NCBI GenBank assembly: GCA_002269645.1
Contig: NIVC01000031.1
Location: 310,001-374,000 of the forward strand
Reading direction: 5' to 3'
Origin: Macrostomum lignano
Lineage: Eukaryota
Length of the DNA stretch: 64,000 nt
The notes under the pieces are model-generated. The model saw only the letters and a list, made by a program, of their open reading frames with translations. It did no database searches and was not told the origin of the DNA. The position numbers were made by a program, and so were the translations under genes. This document shows, one piece after another, positions 59,374 to 64,000 of this stretch (positions are counted from its first letter, which is position 1; each line of letters starts with the position of its first letter).

Positions 59374-60586
59374 TCCGTTGGAAAAGTTATGCATCTGCAG
59401 AGGCATAAAAGGTGAGCGGGGTGCACAAAAGAGGCACTTTAGTGGCCTATTTCTTGCATGTTTTGGAAATGCACCTGAGTGCACCTTTTATGCCTAAATG
59501 TCACCAATATTTTTGAAAAGAGGCATGAAAGGTGTAAAATCGGTGAAGTGGTCAGGCAGTAGGTGAATTCTCAATTCTGATTGGTTGCGGCGGTAGGGGC
59601 AGTAAAGGTGCGTAAGGGGCACTGGAGGTGCACAAAAGGTGAACACCAGGCTCACAAGTGAGGCACAGCAGGTGCAGGAAAGGTGCTGAAGGGGCGCAGA
59701 ATGTGCACGAAAGGTGAATTAGAGGTGCATAAGGTGTACATGTGCGGCGTAAATATGTATACAGGTGCATTTCCAAAACACGCTCAAAATAGACCCCTAA
59801 AGTGCCTCTTCTGTGCACCTCGCTCACCTTCCATGCCTATGCACGAATTAACGCATTAATAATTCGTAACAAAAAATTAACTGAGAGTTACATACTCGTA
59901 CATTGCACGCACAGATTGAACATAGAAAAGCTTTATTTACACCTATACTAATCGCTGCTATCCCCTTCCTGATCCTGACAAACCACGAAAGCAAACATTT
60001 CCTGTACTGATAAGTTTTAATGACTTTCAAATACTCAGGAAAAGCTCCGAAAAGTGATGAAAAGGCTTGCATTAGTGAGGAAAAGTTTCCAATAGTGAGA
60101 AAAGATAGTGAGAAAAGCGAGAAAGAAGTGAGAAAAGTGAGAAAATAGTGAGAAAAGCAAAGAACTTCACCAGTTGAAACTTTATCGCCCCTTGCATTGC
60201 CTCTACGCCTAAAGTGCCCACTGTGCATCTTTTATTCACCTTTCGTGCCTCCATTGACCATTGCACACTGTACACTTTTTGTGCACTCCACCGAAGCGCA
60301 CATTTTTTCACCTTTCACTCCACCAATGCCCCCAATTCCTACTTTGTTCACCTTTTGTGCCTCAACGCACACTGTGCACCTTTTATGCACCTAAATCCCC
60401 TACGACACCTGTGCCCCTAACCGCCTAGTTCGTGCCTTAAATTCACCTTCTGACCCTGCAGAGGCACTCAGGTGAACAAAAGGTGCACAAGTGGCACAAA
60501 ATAGGCATAAGAGAGGCGAAAGTGAGGCAGAAGGTGCAAAACTCTTCACCTTTCATGCCTACTTTAAAAACTCAAAATCCAACGGG
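59374..60586. mobile_element. Non-autonomous CACTA/CMC-like element inserted in the BEL integrase C-terminal region
   Basis: Ends (T/C)CCGTTGGA...TCCAACGGG with a 3-bp TSD CAA (59371-59373, 60587-60589). Removal restores HLLNKFWKEWQAQY. It carries many AAAGGTG/CACCTTT subterminal motifs. Confidence 0.85.
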
Positions 60587-61384
60587 CAAGTTCTGGAAGG
60601 AGTGGCAAGCACAGTACATTCTGGCCCTCCGTGAGCGATCATCCAAAGACGGTCGAACATCGAATCGGGAAATACGAGTTGGCGACGTAGTGTTAGTGAT
60701 GGATGCCGGATTACCAAGACTTCAATGGAAGCTTGCGGTTGTCGAAGCTGTGCACCAGGGTCGCGATGGAGTCGCCCGCTCATGCCTACTGCGGGTGGCC
60801 AGTTCTCAAAGTGGTCGAGCTGCTACGCATCTTCGACGGCCAGTGAAGTTGCTGGTACCTCTGGAAGTCTGACGTGTCGTTAGTGGTTTTTTACTCGGCT
60901 GCTGGCTGCGTCTATTCGGTTTTCCTGTGTTCTTTTGGTCATTTTGCTGGTGGCGTTCGGTCGGTGGTCGTTCGATGTCGGTGGCTGTGTGGCGGTCGGT
61001 GGTGGGTCAGTCGGTTGGTTGGTGGTTCTCAGTCGTTGTTGTTCGGTGGTCGGTTTTGGTTGCGGCACGTTGGTTGTTTTTGTAGTTGGTGGTGTTTGTT
61101 CTTACAGTCGCTTTAAGTTTTGTTTTTTTCTTCGAGTCGGTTAGTTCTTGTTTATGTGGTTTGTGTTTTCTGTGTTTTTTCTCTTTCGTCGGTGATTGGT
61201 TTGCGTTTTTTCTGGTAATTTTGCAGTTTATTCACATTTGGTTGATTTTCGTGCTTTTTCGGTTTTTGTTTTTTTCCGCAGTCCGATGTTTTAGCGGCGG
61301 CAATTAATATTTGTTTTTTCTACCTTGTGTTACTTTTCCTTTTGTGAAATGACCTTGACCTCAATCGATCAGGTCATGGGGGAG

Positions 61385-61600
61385 TGTGGCGGAAAAGTTC
61401 ATATTTATTTAGCCCAAATGGTTTTTACATTAAGAGAAAGCCTACTCACCTTTCACCCCCGCTCCGCCCTGTCGTGCAATGTACATCTGCTCGTACACTT
61501 GGCGCCCCCACCCCACGCGTCAATTTCTCTTCGCTTTATCTAAATAAATAAAGTCAAATCAGCCAGCGACCCAGAAGGCCTTTTTCGTATTCTCTCAACA
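61385..61600 (+). mobile_element. Probable 3' LTR of the BEL element (216 bp)
   Basis: PPT GGGGGAG directly before TGTGGCGG; AATAAA inside; ends in CAACA. Confidence 0.7.
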
Positions 61601-61832
61601 AACTCTAAATAGAAAATCAATTGAGTCGTGTCAATTCAATTACACATGTAATTTACCTGATTCCCACATCAAATGAGCCATCAAAGATCGCGAGTACAAA
61701 CAAATGAAAGCTAATGTAATCAAGGACGGCTTAGGTAGGGTTATGAAGGCTTATGTAAAAGCCATGGGATCATACGAAATCCAGCTTTATTTAAATGGCT
61801 GACCAACTTAAGAACAAAATGTATGTACAGAT

Positions 61833-62310
61833 CAGTGGCGTACATAGGATTTTGAAAAGGGGGGATAACTTTTAGGGACAAAATGGTAGACTAATAAAAT
61901 AGCTTTTTTGCAATTTTTTGCTTAAAGTATGCATTTGGAAAGTACCAAAACCATGTTTATTTGGCTAAAAAACTTTACTTTGCTAAAATCAGAAAAAAGC
62001 CGGCAGACTTTTTCTGTCCTGTCTGCGTCATTTTAGGAACTAGGGTTTCACGGAAATATCGTTTAAAACATTTTAATAATAATTTACGGGTGAAATAGGC
62101 CAATTTTTGGCAACTTTGCCAAGTCTAAGCCGCCGTAAAAATTGCAAAGGGGAAATCACCCCCCTCCGAATTTCTTCTGTGCCGGAACGGCACAGGACGT
62201 TCAAGAAAAAGGGCCTTTTTTGCTTTTTTTTCAGAAAACCTAATGCTCGTTTCCTATAAATCATCAAAATGGGGGGTGTATCCCCGTATTTCCCTATTTA
62301 CGCCACGCTG
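61833..62310. mobile_element. Possible hAT-type MITE
   Basis: CAGTGGCGTACATAGG versus CCTATTTACGCCAC(GC)TG form imperfect TIRs; TSD not convincing. Confidence 0.45.
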
Positions 62311-63513
62311 GCATCAGATCGATCGGAAAGAATAAGTTAAATTTTTTGTCAATAAAACCGCATATAGGTTGATATAACAAACTTTATTTTACGATTTTAC
62401 AGATTCCTGACAAATTATTCTCATGTACGTAAAAAAAGTTTGAGTAAAGGACTTAAAAGAAAATTTTGTATTTAAAGTTTTTTATTTAATAATTAAAAAT
62501 GCTTCATTGGATTTGCCACGGTCCCACCGTGGTTAACACGTGGCAATTCCATGGATGTGCCAGGCCTTCTTCAGCAACGTATTCCTGCTATTTTCCCTGC
62601 ATAGTTCTGCGTTTTGGGGCATTATATTTACATGTAGAAAAGGTAGTACCTTCTACTATATTTCCGTATTGCCTTGAAAGTTCATAGTCGCTTGAATTAA
62701 TCTCCATGGCATTACCATTGCAGTAGTTGTCGTCTATTTTTGGATTAGAAGTTTTTTGTACTTTTTTAGTTTTCTGTTAATATACCTACACCATAGCACA
62801 GATATATTGTACTTGTACTTGTGCTTCTATGACATTGAAAAAACTAATGTATTTGATGTTCTGTATTATATAGAATTAGCATTTGTATTTTTAAAATATA
62901 CATGATAAATCTACATGTACAACAGTACATTCCATATCTTAGAATCTTGTCACTGGGTTTACCATTTTTCATGAGGCTCAATATAGTGTATTATTGACAT
63001 AGTAAATTTAAAAAATATGCATAATGGTAATTAAAAAAAAGAATTATCTTTGTAGTTGCCATAAAATTTGATAACTAAAGCTAGGGATAGCCATCAGTTT
63101 TACTTTTAATCTATTTTTGAATTTCAATTTTCAAACTTTAATGTACTCTATACTTTATACTACAATTCTATTATAGCAAATTTATATAATTTTTGTTATT
63201 TATTCATAGGAGTAAAAGAAACCTAGCTAATTGAATAGTTTTTCATGTTTGATTTGCATTTAGAATTAACTTTACTAAGAAATAAAAAGCACTAGAAGTT
63301 CATATAGATATTTTTTTAAAATCACTACAATTTCTATAATGCTGTTTTTATTTCATTTTTAAATTCATGATCAATAGACATGCTATATTGAAAGGTGCTT
63401 GCAATTACCACAAAGGCCAATGCAGTGGAAAACTAATCTGCGAATAAATTATTATGGATTTCTAAAGCCATCAATGCTATTTGATTGTTCACTGTCAACT
63501 GCAATTGAGGCGA

Positions 63514-64000
63514 ATGGCAGCTGCCTCATCAGCAGACAGTGAATGCACAGGAAACTCCAACATCGCAGCCAACTATTTGCTTGAAATGTTAAAACAATTT
63601 CGCCTAGCAAATCCCAGGTCAACAAGTGAAGAATTTATTTTGCATATTCGTGACCAGCTAGGCAGAGTGAATTTTGGTAACTGCTACACAGCTGAAGGTT
63701 GGAGGCAGTTGATGCGGCTGGAATCAACTGTTCTATTAGATTTCTTCGCTTCTGTGCACCCTGATTTCAGAGATTATCAACTCGATATGCTGCTAGAACA
63801 GTGGCATCGGCTGACTGTAGAGGCTGGCTCAGACTGGAATCCGAGTATTTTGTCTCAGTTTGTTGATAATTTGAACTCGTATTTTGTTCGACACGACAAT
63901 TATAAATGTCGACAGGAAATCACTGAGCAGGATGTGCTGTTTCTTTACAGACGATTCGGTATTGTACCCAGTAGACAGAGATTTCGTGCAGCCATCAAAT
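63514..64000 (+). CDS. Uncharacterised ORF, open to the window edge (162 codons)
   Basis: ATG at 63514 with no stop to 64000 in an otherwise AT-rich region: MAAASSADSEC...NYLLEMLKQFRLANP...WRQLMRLE...QDVLFLYRRFGIVP. It is absent from the ORF track because it has no stop. Confidence 0.6.
   Translation, partial: MAAASSADSECTGNSNIAANYLLEMLKQFRLANPRSTSEEFILHIRDQLGRVNFGNCYTAEGWRQLMRLESTVLLDFFASVHPDFRDYQLDMLLEQWHRLTVEAGSDWNPSILSQFVDNLNSYFVRHDNYKCRQEITEQDVLFLYRRFGIVPSRQRFRAAIK

Larger units (their letters stand above)
56670..61600 (+). mobile_element. BEL/Pao LTR retrotransposon, internally deleted (no protease or RT), 5' LTR not found
   Basis: gag 57043-57742 (VKLPKLTLPIFDG...LSDVEKFSYL...LRGEA, DUF1759-like) jumps to LELMAA/WSDS/KPFIQNRV/NPADIATR (RNase H end). 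It continues into the integrase (H..H..C..C, LDYCGP, SDN, GGFYERLV) and FWKEW...GDVVLV..LQWKLAVV..GRDG...RPVKLLVPLE to 60872. Confidence 0.9.

Overview
This is eukaryotic (invertebrate animal) genomic DNA, not prokaryotic. Its spliceosomal introns are packed with different minisatellites, a style that resembles free-living flatworms such as Macrostomum (inference only). Host genes: the terminal exon of EMC8/9; a complete 6(+1)-exon SLC35F5; the TM and cytoplasmic exons of an orphan type I membrane protein; a Cys-rich orphan gene; two tandem ankyrin-repeat paralogs; and an orphan ORF running off the right edge. One paralog has an N-myristoylation motif and a MAP3K-like kinase domain, and the other is truncated and fused in frame to a LINE. 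Mobile DNA: a Penelope-like fragment, a tRNA-headed CORE-SINE, two CACTA/CMC-like non-autonomous elements with 3-bp TSDs, hAT MITEs and transposase remnants, an APE-RT-RNaseH LINE (LOA/R1-group-like), Gypsy fragments and an internally deleted BEL/Pao element. The strongest unusual signal is a full-length U6 snRNA joined to the 3'-terminal stem-loop and tail of the same LINE family, flanked by a perfect 12-bp TSD (53033-53209). It lies about 2.6 kb from the ankyrin::LINE fusion. All calls are by eye; no database searches were run.
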